Shown: one piece after another, positions 1-10,063 of the stretch
How positions within the stretch are numbered: the first letter of the stretch is position 1
Layout of the letters: each line of letters starts with the position of its first letter
IMG/VR virus record: IMGVR_UViG_3300047445_000153
Span: 17,906 to 81,905 of that record
Strand: one strand, 5' to 3'
Length of the DNA: 64,000 nt
Origin: a virus
The notes under the pieces: generated by a model
The model's database searches: none
Seen by the model: the letters and a program-made list of their open reading frames with translations, nothing else
Told to the model about the DNA's origin: nothing
Position numbers and translations under genes: made by a program

Positions 1-103
1 CGGCGTTCTTCGTGCGCCGGTTGATCTTGGCCCGCACCACAACCTGTTCGTGAACCTCGCGCGGCAGGCGCAACGTCGAAGCCACCATATCGTCCATTTC
101 CAT
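1..103 (-). CDS. Arc/Mnt-like ribbon-helix-helix DNA-binding protein (partial, runs off window start)
   Basis: Manual translation MEMDDMVASTLRLPREVHEQVVVRAKINRRTKNA matches the Arc pattern (LRLP.E....V...A..N.R..NA); AGGAG upstream; divergent from the tail tube gene. Confidence 0.7.
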   Translation of the reverse strand, partial: MEMDDMVASTLRLPREVHEQVVVRAKINRRTKNA

Positions 104-127
104 AACTTGGTTCTCCTATCAACCAAT

Positions 128-164
128 AAAAACCTTTGATTCTCAAAGGTAGCACACGTAGCAT
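128..164 (+). promoter_or_regulatory. Putative sigma70-like promoter of tail tube gene
   Basis: TTGATT(136-141)-N17-TAGCAT(159-164); same layout as 1018, 14128 and 18243. Confidence 0.45.
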
Positions 165-199
165 CCGTGCTACCAGATTTTTCAACCGGAGAACTCACG

Positions 200-991
200 A
201 TGGCTGGTGAAGCAAAGTCAAATAAGTTCATGCTGGGCACGGCCACCGTGATGATTGGCCCCCAGTCGGAACTGTTCAACCTGAACCCGCTCGAACACTC
301 GATCGGCCTCGTCAAGAACTTCACCATCAGCGGCGAACCGGCATACACCGAACTGACGCAGGGCGTGAAGAACTCGGTGGTGTACTCGGTGATGACCGGC
401 AACCCGGTCACGGCGACGATGGAAGTGTACGAACACACGTCGAAGAACTTGGCCTATGGCCTGGGGCTCGACGGCTCGACGTTCGACCCGACCACGGTCA
501 GCACCACGACCAACGCCGACATTCCGGCCAACCCGGCGGGTACGTCGCTGATCCCGGCGACGCTCGTCACGGGCTTCACGGAGGGCGACTGGCTTCAGGT
601 GCTGACCCCCGGCATCGCCGACAAGGTGCTCGTCGCCAAGATCAAGACGATCGACGCGACGGCGAAGACCTTCACGGTCGAGGATGAGCAGTCGTTCGAC
701 TACGCCATCCCGTCTGGCGCGGTCATCAAGAAGGTGAACGTGGTTGGTATCGGCTCGCGCTCGGACCAGCCGTTCCTGTCGGCAAAGGTCGTCGGCCAGC
801 TCGCGGACACCACGCCGGTCGCGCTGCTGATCCCGAAGATCCGTATCACGGGCGGCTTCACGCTGGCGTTCAAGTCGGACTCGTTCGGCAACCTGCCGTA
901 CAAGTTCCAGCCGTACGACCTGACGCTGGACGACCCGTTCTACGACACCTTCCTGCCGTTCGGTCAGGCGATGCTCGCAGCGGCAAACTAA
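200..991 (+). CDS. Major tail (tube) protein
   Basis: ATG at 200 after GGAG; beta-rich 263 aa directly upstream of chaperones and tape measure. Confidence 0.75.
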   Translation: MAGEAKSNKFMLGTATVMIGPQSELFNLNPLEHSIGLVKNFTISGEPAYTELTQGVKNSVVYSVMTGNPVTATMEVYEHTSKNLAYGLGLDGSTFDPTTVSTTTNADIPANPAGTSLIPATLVTGFTEGDWLQVLTPGIADKVLVAKIKTIDATAKTFTVEDEQSFDYAIPSGAVIKKVNVVGIGSRSDQPFLSAKVVGQLADTTPVALLIPKIRITGGFTLAFKSDSFGNLPYKFQPYDLTLDDPFYDTFLPFGQAMLAAAN

Positions 992-1007
992 GGTTCTTCG
1001 CGGTACT

Positions 1008-1046
1008 AAAAAGATCCTTGATGCACCAAGCCACACGGTCTAAGAT
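1008..1046 (+). promoter_or_regulatory. Putative promoter upstream of tail chaperone
   Basis: TTGATG(1018-1023)-N17-TAAGAT(1041-1046). Confidence 0.45.
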
Positions 1047-1076
1047 CCGTGTGGCTTTCTCATTTCCGGATCAAAC

Positions 1077-1505
1077 ATGTCCACCACCACGAAGAAACCC
1101 ACAGCTCCCGTGCCGCGTCTGAAGGTCACCGTCAACGGCGAGCCGCGCGAGCTGTTCATGTCGTTCGGCTTGCTCAACGAGCTTTGCCGAGGCGTCGGCA
1201 ACGTCCAAGCCGCGATCCAGATCCCGGCCGACTCTGAGCTGCGCGACTACACCCTGATGGCCATCCTGTCGCCGCGCGATGCCCACGGCGAGGTCCAAGA
1301 CCCGATCAATCTACGCTTGCTGGACATGTCGCTCGACGACGCCGAAGCCGTGCTGACCTGGGCCTCGGAGCACTGTTGCGATTTTTTTCTGCGGACGATG
1401 GAGAGAATCGTCAAGACGCAGGAGAAAAATCTGGAGCGATACACGAAACTCGCACCAAAAAGCCAGGAAAGCTCACCGCCTTCACCGACTGGTTCCGCGA
1501 CCTGA
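1077..1505 (+). CDS. Tail assembly chaperone (lambda gpG-like)
   Basis: Between tube and tape measure; contains slippery heptamer T TTT TTT at 1382-1388. Confidence 0.75.
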   Translation: MSTTTKKPTAPVPRLKVTVNGEPRELFMSFGLLNELCRGVGNVQAAIQIPADSELRDYTLMAILSPRDAHGEVQDPINLRLLDMSLDDAEAVLTWASEHCCDFFLRTMERIVKTQEKNLERYTKLAPKSQESSPPSPTGSAT

Positions 1506-1792
1506 GCTTCACGGAAGGGGTCTGCTGGGCGTTTGATGTAGTGCCCTCCCAGCTCTCCCGAATTATCTGGTCCTACACCCGCGAGGACATTAAAATTCGC
1601 ACACGCTTGAAGCTTGGCGAGGGTCAAGCGCATCATGTGCAGCAATTCCAGACGATCGCCACCCTTCTCTCCGGATTCTTAGGCTCTGATTCTGCCGACT
1701 CAAGTGGCTCAGATAGTGAGTCATCCTCATCGGTGCCGAAGAACTTCGAGGATGCGCAACGTCAACTAGCAGCAGTCTTCGGGAAATCGTAG
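1376..1792 (+). CDS. Tail assembly chaperone -1 frameshift extension (gpGT-like)
   Basis: Open -1 frame begins at the T7 run and ends 1 nt before the tape measure ATG; no convincing independent start. Confidence 0.7.
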   Translation: MRFFSADDGENRQDAGEKSGAIHETRTKKPGKLTAFTDWFRDLSFTEGVCWAFDVVPSQLSRIIWSYTREDIKIRTRLKLGEGQAHHVQQFQTIATLLSGFLGSDSADSSGSDSESSSSVPKNFEDAQRQLAAVFGKS

Positions 1793-1793
1793 G

Positions 1794-4700
1794 ATGGCAG
1801 ATAAACAGCAGATCAAGGACTTCAAGATCGGTCTCGGCCCTGCCGAGGACACGTTCAAGAAGTACGACCAGCTCTCTGACGTTCTGAAGCAGGTCTACAA
1901 CGACCTTCTGAAGATCAAGGAAGTCGGTGCGAAGATCACCATCGGTGCGGTGGATCAAGCTTTCACCAGGGAGCTTGGTGGTCTGCAACGTGAGATGCGT
2001 ACGCTTCTCAACGCCCTCCGCTCCGGGAGCCCGAACGCACAGTTCAACTCCGCGACCCTCTCGGGCGCGAATCAGTCGCGTACCTTTCAGGACAAGAACG
2101 TCCCCCTGCTGGCGAACAAGCAGCTCAACGCCTACTACGAGCGGCGTGCGCTGCTCGACAAGAACCTCTCCGTCACGGCTGAGGCGAATCGCAAGTACGC
2201 CAAAGACCAGATCAGCCTCAACGGTGAGATCGAGAAGACGCTCAAGCGTGTCACCGCCGCGCAAGAGCAGTACAAGCAGGCGTTGATCGACGGCGACCGG
2301 GTGGTCTCGGATAGCGCCAAGCGTGAACTGCGCCAAGGCCGCGATCGCCTGGAACAACTTCAGAAAGAGCTAGAGCTGCGCCAGCTCGGCTCGAAGGTGC
2401 GCCTCGGGCGTGCACTCGATCAGGGGCAGCCGAAGGTCACGCAGGTTGCGCGTGATCAGCTTGAACAGCTCGACGCTGACAAGCAGACGCTCGCCCTGGC
2501 TCGTCGTGCGGCAGCGGCAGCGCAGCGCCAAGCCGAGTCTCAATCCAGGCAGGAGCTGGATCGCCTTGGCAGGCAGATGCAGAGCGCGCAGGTCGAGGAC
2601 AACCGGAGGACGGTCTCTGACTCCGTGAAGCTCGAAACGAACATCCGCCGCGCCGAGTTGTGGAAGCGGATGGACGACGCAAGGAAAGAAGCGGCGCTCG
2701 AAAAGGCAATGCGTCAGGCCTTCGCTGAAGACGCGCGTCGTGACCGCGCGCAAGAGGCACGACTCGATAGCCAGATCCGTCAAGCCGAACTCTGGAAGCG
2801 GATGGATGACGCGCAGAAGGAAGCCGCGCTAGAAAAGATGATGCGGCAGGCCGCTGCCGAGGACAAGCGCCGCACGCTCGCCCAAGCGAACGCGCTCGAA
2901 GCGAACGTGCGCCGCGCCGAGCTGTGGAAGCGGATGGACGATGCGAAGAAGGAAGCTGCGCTCGAAAAGGCAATGCAGCAGGCCTTCGCTGAAGACGCAC
3001 GCCGCACCCGGCAGCAGGACGCTCAGCTCGACGCGAATATTCGCCGCGCGCAAGTCTGGAAGCGGATGGATGACGCGAAGAAGGATGCTGCGCTTGAGAA
3101 GGCTCTGCGGCAGGCCTACGCCGAGGACGCACGTCGCGAGGCCGCGAAGCAGAATGCCACCCCCGCTGCGCAATCCGCACGCGACGCGCAGACGCGCCAG
3201 CGCCGTTACCGGCAGGCCTTCGGCGACGGTGGTGCTGCCATCGCGCTGACGCAGACTGCACTGCTCGCCAACTACACGATCACTCAGGGCTTCATCAATG
3301 CGTTTGCGAACGCGATCCGCTTCACCGTCGAGTACGAGGAAGCGCTGGCCCACCTGAAGACGATCGCTGGTGCCACGCAAGGCCAGATGACAGAGCTGTC
3401 GGCGACGATCGAGGGTGTCTCGAACGCGACCCGCTACAGCGCGGTGGACCTGACGAAAGCTGCTGCCGCCCTGTCGGAGACGGGTGTCACCGTGGGCCAG
3501 ATGGGCGTCGCGCTCAAGGGCGTGGCAGACCTCGCGACGGCAACAGGTGAGGACTTCAACCAGACTGTCGAGACCGTTACCGGCGCGCTCGGCGCGTTCA
3601 AGCTGTCAGCGACCGACACTGTCCAGATCACGAACCAGATCGCGCAGGCAGTCAACTCGTCGCGCCTGACAATGGACAAGCTGCGCACGTCGATCGAAAC
3701 GGCGGGCGAGACCGCGAGCGAAGCCGGTGTCTCGTTCAAGGACATGCTGGCTGCAACCGTGGCCATCACTGACAACGGCACCGCCTCGGGCGCAACGCTC
3801 GGCGGTGGTCTGCGCCAGTTGCTGATCGACCTTGAGAAGCCCAGCAAGGCGCTGAAGGCGATCCTCGACCAGCTCGGCCTCACGCAAGAGGACATCAGCG
3901 TCAAGACGCATGGCTTGGCGGGCGCGCTGCAAAACCTGAAGGACGCGGGCTTCACGTCGGCCGACGCGTTGCAGGCGTTCGAAGCACGTAGCGCCTCGGC
4001 GTTCACCGCGCTGTCGAACAACCTGCCCCGCATGGCTGAGTTCCAGCAGTCGCTGAACAACACCGACGCGGCGGCACGTGCCAACGCCGAGCAGTTCAAC
4101 ACGCTCGGCGCGCAGTTCGATCGCTTCAAGAATCAGGCAAGCGCGCTGGCGGGTGACGCGTTCAAGCCCCTGCTCGATGGCTTCAAGAATTTGCTGAAGG
4201 TGACCTCTGACGCGTCGGCCTTCTTGCGTGAGTTCGAGACAACTGTCGAGGTCGTCGGCATCGCGGTCGGAACCGGCACGCTCGCGGTGGGGATGGCCTA
4301 TTTGGGCAAATTGATCGGAGGCCTCTCGGGGCTCCTGTTCGTGAGCGCGGAGGCCTCGGTCGGGATGGCCGCGATGGGTGCTGCCATCGGCCCAGTCGTC
4401 GCCCTGATCGCGGGGCTCGGGGCGGGCATCGCCTACTTCGTGTCGAAGGCCAAGGAGGCTGAGGACACGTTCGACAAGCAGCGCACCGCCGTCAACGGCG
4501 CGAAGGACGCGATGCAGGAGTCGAAGCAGGCCTACGACAGCGTCGGCAAGCAGATCGACACGCTGCGCAGCAAGACGCAGGCCCTGAACAACGACAAGGG
4601 CGCGCTGAAGAGCGCAACTGATGACGCGGCGCAGCAGTTCGAGAAGTACGGCGTTCAGCTCGACAAAAGCGGGATCGAGAAGACGCAAGACCTGATCGAC

Positions 4701-7700
4701 AAGCTGGAGGACCTTCGCCACCAGCTGGCCAAGCGCTACGAGATGAACACCGACGTGCTCAGCTCGCAGCTGGGCGTCATGATCGACAAGGCGCGGGAAG
4801 CGGCGGGTGAGCGCGCGAGGGATCTTCAAGGGCGTGCGACCGCAGGCCCGAGCGACAAGATCCGAGCGGCGCTGGCAGGAGATGCCCCGAACGTCGACGT
4901 CGGCGAGGGCTTCCTCTCACAAAATGAGAAGAACCAGAGCCGCTTCGGGTTGCTGCCCGGTCGCAAGCAATCGCAGGGGTTCCTCCCGCTGGACACGGGC
5001 TTGACTGCCGAGACCATTCCGGCTGTCCTCCAGTACCTGAAGGATCTGGGTGTGGACGTGACGGAGCAGGTCAAGGCGGGCTTCGAGGACGTCGCGGGTA
5101 TCCACGGCCAGCCTAACAACCTCGTGGCCCAAGCAGCGGCTCGTACGGCCATCAGCGACGCCGTACAGAAGGCTGGCCAGCGCGGACGCGCGGCTGACGT
5201 CACCGTAGACGACAAGAAGATCGCAGCGGGGACCGTCCAGGCACTGACGAACCTGCTGGACAACGTTACGAAGGTGTCGCAGAGCGTCCAGGCCGCAGAG
5301 GGCTTCGAGCGCGACAAGAAGAACGCTGACAAGTCATCGGCAAACCAGAAGTTCGCGAACGGCAACCCCGACGCGCAGGCGCTCGCCGCTACCGTTAAGG
5401 CCGCAACGCAAGCCACGGAGAACGTACTCGGTGCCGCCTCTGGGCCGGTCGAGCGCGTCTGGTCTGCGCTCAAGCTTCAGGAGACGGGCAACCGCCAGTT
5501 CGACAAGTTCGGCAACCCGCAGAGGTCGATGCCGGGGGACCCTGACAGCCCGGTCGGCATCGCGCAGATCCGCCCGAGCACGGCCCGCGAGGTCGCCGCG
5601 AAGAACGGTATCCCGTTCGACCTGAACGCGCTCAACACGGACTCGGCCTACAACGAAAAGCTTGGCAAGCTCTACCTCGGGCAGCAGATTCAGCGGTACG
5701 GCGGCGACGTCAACCTCGGCCTTGCAGCCTACAACTGGGGGCCGGGGAAGTTCGACAACTTCCTCGGCCAGAAGACAAAGGACGGACGGTCTTATGACTA
5801 CCGCGACCCGACCGGTGTCACGAAGGACGAGTTCCTTCAGCTGCTCTCGCAGGCCAGCCCCGAGACTGGCCGGTACGTGTCGACGGTTGGACGTGGCATC
5901 GGCGCGCTTGGCCGTCTGAACAACCTTGAAGGCAACTCGGGCCTCATGAAGCAGAGCGAGGACAACAGCGCGCTGCTGCGTCAACTCGAAGCCAAACTGG
6001 CTGAGGCGACGACCGAGCCTGAAAAGGAGTTTCTGAAGGGGCAGATCGATGACCTGCAAACTGCACAGACCTCGATTCGTTCGAGGCTGGAGTCAGCTCG
6101 TGCTGAAGCCGCTACGGCACTGAAGAAGACCGATCAGGCCGCAGCCCGCGCGCTCAAGGCGCAGCTCGCCAAGACCGATCAGGAGATGCAGGGGACGCTG
6201 GATCCGGATAAGGCCGAGGCCCTTGGCGTGAAGGCCGTTACGCTCATCACGGACGAGTACAAAGGCCACATCGAAACGCTTGAACGGTCGAGCGCGAAGA
6301 TGGGCAAGACCGGTGAGTACTCGGATGAGGTCAAGGAACAACTTGAGTCGCTGCGCACCGAGATGGACGCAGCCGTCAAGACGCAGATCGAGAAGAACGC
6401 GCAGCACGTCGGAGCGCTGAAAGAGCGGATCCGACAGGAAGAGTTCAAGTCGGAGATGCGTGCGAGCGACCGGGCCTTCGCCTCCTTCATGAACAAGCTG
6501 AAGCAGGACGAGCAGACCCGTGCCGTGCAAATGGCCATTGACCTGAAGCAGAACGCTCGCCCGGTGACGGAGGACCAAGCGCAAGCTCAGTTCATGGGCG
6601 ACCCGCGCTTCGCCGGACGCTTCAGCGGCGTTCAACGCCAGAGCCTGTCCATGAAGGCTGCTGCGGATCAGGACGCCACCGACGCGAAGGACTTGGTCAC
6701 CTACTCAGCGAACCTACGCGCGCTTCAAGAGTTGCGAGCCAGGGCAGAGCGGGAACTCGCCAAGACGGCGGGACTGGGTGATGAAGGTGATGGGACGAAG
6801 GGCTCCGCGACGGGGCTGTTCGCGAAACGCGACGCGCTGGCACCAAGCCTGCGGCCGGAAGATCAGGCCGAGTTCAAGCGCACCGAGGATGAGATCACCC
6901 GCCTTTCGGCTAAACGCCAGCAGTCGCAGGCCGAGATCACTGACCTGAAGAACAAGGAAGTCTCGCTCACGGAGAAGCAAGCGCAGCTCGAAGCGAAGAT
7001 GGCCGCGAAGAACGAGGCAACTCCGTTTGGGCTGATGGAGGGGATCAACGCAGCGAACCAGAACTTCCTCACGACGCACGACCAGATGGCGCTGGCCCTC
7101 GACGACTACAACCAGCTGCTCAACCAGTCGACCAACGCCTTCGCCAAGTTCTTCGACGACATCCTCACGGGGTCGAAGAGCGCGGGCGAAGCGATCAAGG
7201 ATTTCGCGCGCTCGTTCCTGCAAGCGATGTTGCAGATCCTCGAACAGCAGGCCGCGCTGGCTGTCGTGAAGTCGATCATCGGAGCGTTCGGGGGTGGTGG
7301 GAGTGGTGTGGGCGGTGGCGCTGGGATGACGGGTGGCTTCGACTCAGCCGGTACGGCCTTCGCAATCCAAGGTGGTGTCGTGAGCGCAGGCGGCACCATT
7401 ACGCGCGGTGGTTCGATGCGCCGTTACATCGGCGGCGGCAAGGTGCAAGGTCCGATAAACACGCGCGACTCGGTCCACGCCCTGCTCCAACCGGGCGAAG
7501 TGGTGATGAACACGAGCGCGGTGGACTCGGTCGGGGAGGACTTCTTGAACGGCCTGAACGCGCAAGGCAACCGGGTGGTCTCGAAGAGCACACCGGCCCC
7601 GCAAGCGAAGCGCGAGAAGCAGCCTGACCACGTCAACGTCTGGGTAGTGGCGCCTGACCAGAAGCCGCAGCTCGGCCCGCGCGATGTCCTGGCCACGATC

Positions 7701-7769
7701 TCCGATGACATCATCCGCGGTGGCTCGACGAAACAGCTGATCAAGCAGGTAGCAATGGGACAAGTCTAA
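1794..7769 (+). CDS. Tail tape measure protein with internal lytic transglycosylase (SLT-like) domain
   Basis: 1991 aa, Ala/Gln-rich helical, TP901-type core; motifs LQETG, GIAQIRPSTA, YGGDVNLGLAAYNWGPG at about 5450-5890. Confidence 0.92.
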   Translation: MADKQQIKDFKIGLGPAEDTFKKYDQLSDVLKQVYNDLLKIKEVGAKITIGAVDQAFTRELGGLQREMRTLLNALRSGSPNAQFNSATLSGANQSRTFQDKNVPLLANKQLNAYYERRALLDKNLSVTAEANRKYAKDQISLNGEIEKTLKRVTAAQEQYKQALIDGDRVVSDSAKRELRQGRDRLEQLQKELELRQLGSKVRLGRALDQGQPKVTQVARDQLEQLDADKQTLALARRAAAAAQRQAESQSRQELDRLGRQMQSAQVEDNRRTVSDSVKLETNIRRAELWKRMDDARKEAALEKAMRQAFAEDARRDRAQEARLDSQIRQAELWKRMDDAQKEAALEKMMRQAAAEDKRRTLAQANALEANVRRAELWKRMDDAKKEAALEKAMQQAFAEDARRTRQQDAQLDANIRRAQVWKRMDDAKKDAALEKALRQAYAEDARREAAKQNATPAAQSARDAQTRQRRYRQAFGDGGAAIALTQTALLANYTITQGFINAFANAIRFTVEYEEALAHLKTIAGATQGQMTELSATIEGVSNATRYSAVDLTKAAAALSETGVTVGQMGVALKGVADLATATGEDFNQTVETVTGALGAFKLSATDTVQITNQIAQAVNSSRLTMDKLRTSIETAGETASEAGVSFKDMLAATVAITDNGTASGATLGGGLRQLLIDLEKPSKALKAILDQLGLTQEDISVKTHGLAGALQNLKDAGFTSADALQAFEARSASAFTALSNNLPRMAEFQQSLNNTDAAARANAEQFNTLGAQFDRFKNQASALAGDAFKPLLDGFKNLLKVTSDASAFLREFETTVEVVGIAVGTGTLAVGMAYLGKLIGGLSGLLFVSAEASVGMAAMGAAIGPVVALIAGLGAGIAYFVSKAKEAEDTFDKQRTAVNGAKDAMQESKQAYDSVGKQIDTLRSKTQALNNDKGALKSATDDAAQQFEKYGVQLDKSGIEKTQDLIDKLEDLRHQLAKRYEMNTDVLSSQLGVMIDKAREAAGERARDLQGRATAGPSDKIRAALAGDAPNVDVGEGFLSQNEKNQSRFGLLPGRKQSQGFLPLDTGLTAETIPAVLQYLKDLGVDVTEQVKAGFEDVAGIHGQPNNLVAQAAARTAISDAVQKAGQRGRAADVTVDDKKIAAGTVQALTNLLDNVTKVSQSVQAAEGFERDKKNADKSSANQKFANGNPDAQALAATVKAATQATENVLGAASGPVERVWSALKLQETGNRQFDKFGNPQRSMPGDPDSPVGIAQIRPSTAREVAAKNGIPFDLNALNTDSAYNEKLGKLYLGQQIQRYGGDVNLGLAAYNWGPGKFDNFLGQKTKDGRSYDYRDPTGVTKDEFLQLLSQASPETGRYVSTVGRGIGALGRLNNLEGNSGLMKQSEDNSALLRQLEAKLAEATTEPEKEFLKGQIDDLQTAQTSIRSRLESARAEAATALKKTDQAAARALKAQLAKTDQEMQGTLDPDKAEALGVKAVTLITDEYKGHIETLERSSAKMGKTGEYSDEVKEQLESLRTEMDAAVKTQIEKNAQHVGALKERIRQEEFKSEMRASDRAFASFMNKLKQDEQTRAVQMAIDLKQNARPVTEDQAQAQFMGDPRFAGRFSGVQRQSLSMKAAADQDATDAKDLVTYSANLRALQELRARAERELAKTAGLGDEGDGTKGSATGLFAKRDALAPSLRPEDQAEFKRTEDEITRLSAKRQQSQAEITDLKNKEVSLTEKQAQLEAKMAAKNEATPFGLMEGINAANQNFLTTHDQMALALDDYNQLLNQSTNAFAKFFDDILTGSKSAGEAIKDFARSFLQAMLQILEQQAALAVVKSIIGAFGGGGSGVGGGAGMTGGFDSAGTAFAIQGGVVSAGGTITRGGSMRRYIGGGKVQGPINTRDSVHALLQPGEVVMNTSAVDSVGEDFLNGLNAQGNRVVSKSTPAPQAKREKQPDHVNVWVVAPDQKPQLGPRDVLATISDDIIRGGSTKQLIKQVAMGQV
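2630..3140 (+). repeat. Four tandem 132-bp (44-aa) repeats in tape measure
   Basis: TGGAAGCGGATGGA (WKRMD) at 2661, 2793, 2925, 3057. Confidence 0.9.
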
Positions 7770-8161
7770 TGGCCATCTCGCCGACATTTGATTTTTCAAA
7801 CCACATGGTTGAGGAGAAGTACCCGGATCCGGGTACTACGGTCGTGCTCGGCAACTCATATCGGTTTGCTACGCCCCCAACGTCGCCCGATCAACGCATC
7901 TTCGTTCTCTCCTTTGAGTCGATGTGGCGCGGCATCACGGCCAACGGCGCGATGGACTCGACCACGAACTACAAGAACAACGCGGGGGCTCTGCTCCTGT
8001 TCTACGAGAACTACAAGCTTCACAAGACCTTCCAGTACCCCCACCCGTGGCTAGGCCTCCTGAACGTTCGCTTCAGCAAGCCGCTAGAACTTCCGAAGGG
8101 TGTGAAGGGTGGAGACGGCTGGACGGAAGGCTTCAGCCTTGAATTCGTGGAGATGCCATGA
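7769..8161 (+). CDS. Distal/minor tail protein (gpM-like)
   Basis: Follows tape measure; 130 aa ending FVEMP. Confidence 0.65.
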   Translation: MAISPTFDFSNHMVEEKYPDPGTTVVLGNSYRFATPPTSPDQRIFVLSFESMWRGITANGAMDSTTNYKNNAGALLLFYENYKLHKTFQYPHPWLGLLNVRFSKPLELPKGVKGGDGWTEGFSLEFVEMP

Positions 8162-8655
8162 CGATCGACACAATTCCGCAGACCCACATCGACGATGCGT
8201 ACAAGCTTGATGCAGACGCGAAGATCGACTTGTTCAAGATCGTCCTCAACCAGATCGGTGGGAGCACCACTGTCTGCGTGACCGCGAGGAAGGATGTGGT
8301 GTGGCAGGGCCTGACGTTCGAGTCTATCCCGGTCAGCTTGACGCAGGAAGGTGCAAATGCAACCGGTGAGTGGAAGCGTCCGAAGTTCACGCTCGCAAAC
8401 CCTGACGGTGTCTGGTCAGCGTTCATCGCGCAGGGCAAGCTTGATGGTGCGCAGATCACACGCTACCGCGTGCTGCTCTCACACCTGATCGCAAACGCGG
8501 GCATCTTCCAGATGAACACGTGGCGTATCTCGAAACCTCTTCAGCTGAATAAGACCCTCGCGACATTCGAGCTGCGCTCGCCTCTCGACGGACAGCAGTT
8601 CCTGCTGCCGGGTCGAGCCTTCTATCCACCTGAATACCCGCATGTCTCTCTTTGA
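8158..8655 (+). CDS. Minor tail protein (gpL-like, no Cys-rich C-terminal domain)
   Basis: WQGLTFESIP, RPKFTLAN, GAQITRYR, FELRSPLD, LPGR motifs; gene order. Confidence 0.75.
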   Translation: MTIDTIPQTHIDDAYKLDADAKIDLFKIVLNQIGGSTTVCVTARKDVVWQGLTFESIPVSLTQEGANATGEWKRPKFTLANPDGVWSAFIAQGKLDGAQITRYRVLLSHLIANAGIFQMNTWRISKPLQLNKTLATFELRSPLDGQQFLLPGRAFYPPEYPHVSL

Positions 8656-9160
8656 AAAGTACACCGAGGGCTACGAAGGCATCCCGTATGTAGTCGGACG
8701 AGACGACTGCTACGGTCTCGTGCGCCGCTGGATGGCCGACAAGTACGGCATGAAGCTGACCAACTACGCTCGACCGTTCGGATTCGACGATTCTGGCCTG
8801 AACCTCCTCACGGACTACTTCAACCGTGAGGGGTTTCAGATTGTGTGCGTGCCGTTCAATCGACTGGAGATCGGTGACCTGTTGATGATGCGGCTCGCGA
8901 ACCGGAGTGGCCACGCGAATCACATCGGGGTCTATGTCGGCAACGGCTACATGCTGCACCACTTGTTCAACCAGAAGTCGGTCGCGGACCCTCTCACTGA
9001 CAGATGGACGGGTCGCGTGCTGGACGTCATCCGCCATCCCGACATCACTGCGAAGAACCTGGAGCTGGTAGAGAAGGTCGACATCATGAACTTCCTACCT
9101 CCGCACTTGAGGGCAAGATATGAACGAATTACTGCTGGCTCTGTGGAACCCGCAGGTTGA
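8642..9160 (+). CDS. NlpC/P60 tail tip protein (gpK C-terminal part)
   Basis: GRDDCYGLVR catalytic Cys; NHIGVYVGNGYMLHH. Confidence 0.88.
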   Translation: MSLFEKYTEGYEGIPYVVGRDDCYGLVRRWMADKYGMKLTNYARPFGFDDSGLNLLTDYFNREGFQIVCVPFNRLEIGDLLMMRLANRSGHANHIGVYVGNGYMLHHLFNQKSVADPLTDRWTGRVLDVIRHPDITAKNLELVEKVDIMNFLPPHLRARYERITAGSVEPAG

Positions 9161-9485
9161 GCGCTGCGGCTTTGTGCTTGATGACGGGTCGATCGTCGAG
9201 TGTCCTAACGTTGATCCGAACCCCGAGAAATCCTTTGAAATCAGTCCGGACTCCATCGGACAATACGAGGGCCGCGTGTCGGCCACTTGGCACACGCACC
9301 CCCGAACTGGGCCGAACCTTTCGGTCGAGGACTATCGGGCCTTCCAAAGCTACCCCGACTGGTTCCACTACATCGTCAGCGAAAGCGAGGTCTGGTGCTA
9401 CTACGTACGGAACAAGGCGGTGATACTCCATGAAGACGATCTATCTGCATGGCTCCCTGAAGGAGCTGCATCCAGAACCGATTAA
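9120..9485 (+). CDS. JAB/MPN domain tail protein (gpK N-terminal part)
   Basis: ERCGFV and WHTHP.....LS..D JAMM motif. Confidence 0.85.
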   Translation: MNELLLALWNPQVERCGFVLDDGSIVECPNVDPNPEKSFEISPDSIGQYEGRVSATWHTHPRTGPNLSVEDYRAFQSYPDWFHYIVSESEVWCYYVRNKAVILHEDDLSAWLPEGAASRTD

Positions 9486-10062
9486 GGTCCACGCCGACAC
9501 GGTGGCCGAAGCCCTGTCGATCTTGAGGCAGTACCCCGGCTTTGACGTGGAGAATCCCACCCCGGTACGCGTGAAGGGCGTAGAGTGCCGCGACGCCGTC
9601 TATGCGCCGACCGAGCTGGAAGAGCTGCACATCTACCCCGCTCTCGCTGGCTCGGGTGGCAACGGCGGTCTGTTTCAGATCATCATTGGCGTGGTGATGG
9701 TTATCGTCGGCATCGTGCTTAGCGTCTTCGGGTACGGCGCTGGCACACCGCTGATTACGAGCGGTGCGATGATGATCCTGGGGGGCATCCTCCAGATGCT
9801 CGCGCCAACCCCGAAGTCGAACACTGGCAGCTCAGACCAGTCGCTCTATGTCCCCTCGAACCAGAACACCGTGAAGATCGGCACGCGCATCCCGCTGATC
9901 TATGGCCGCGTGCGTCACTTCGGGCACTACCTGTCGTTCAACGTCGACTCGAAGCGCCTGGACGACAGCACCATGAACCTTGCTGGCTACTGTAGCGGTC
10001 GCACCGACGCCAACGGGAACCGATACTCCTACGGCCAGGATGGCCACTGCCTGCTCGCATAA
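9430..10062 (+). CDS. Tail assembly protein (gpI-like)
   Basis: Ubiquitin-like N-terminus, hydrophobic Gly-rich segment, NTVKIGTRIPLIYG. Confidence 0.85.
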   Translation: MKTIYLHGSLKELHPEPIKVHADTVAEALSILRQYPGFDVENPTPVRVKGVECRDAVYAPTELEELHIYPALAGSGGNGGLFQIIIGVVMVIVGIVLSVFGYGAGTPLITSGAMMILGGILQMLAPTPKSNTGSSDQSLYVPSNQNTVKIGTRIPLIYGRVRHFGHYLSFNVDSKRLDDSTMNLAGYCSGRTDANGNRYSYGQDGHCLLA

Positions 10063-10063
10063 T

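Noticed and set aside
7290-7330. GGTGGTGG runs in tape measure, and ACCACCAC in MSTTT/MTTTT gene starts
   Set aside because: Explained by Gly or Thr codons; not counted as hairpin motif copies
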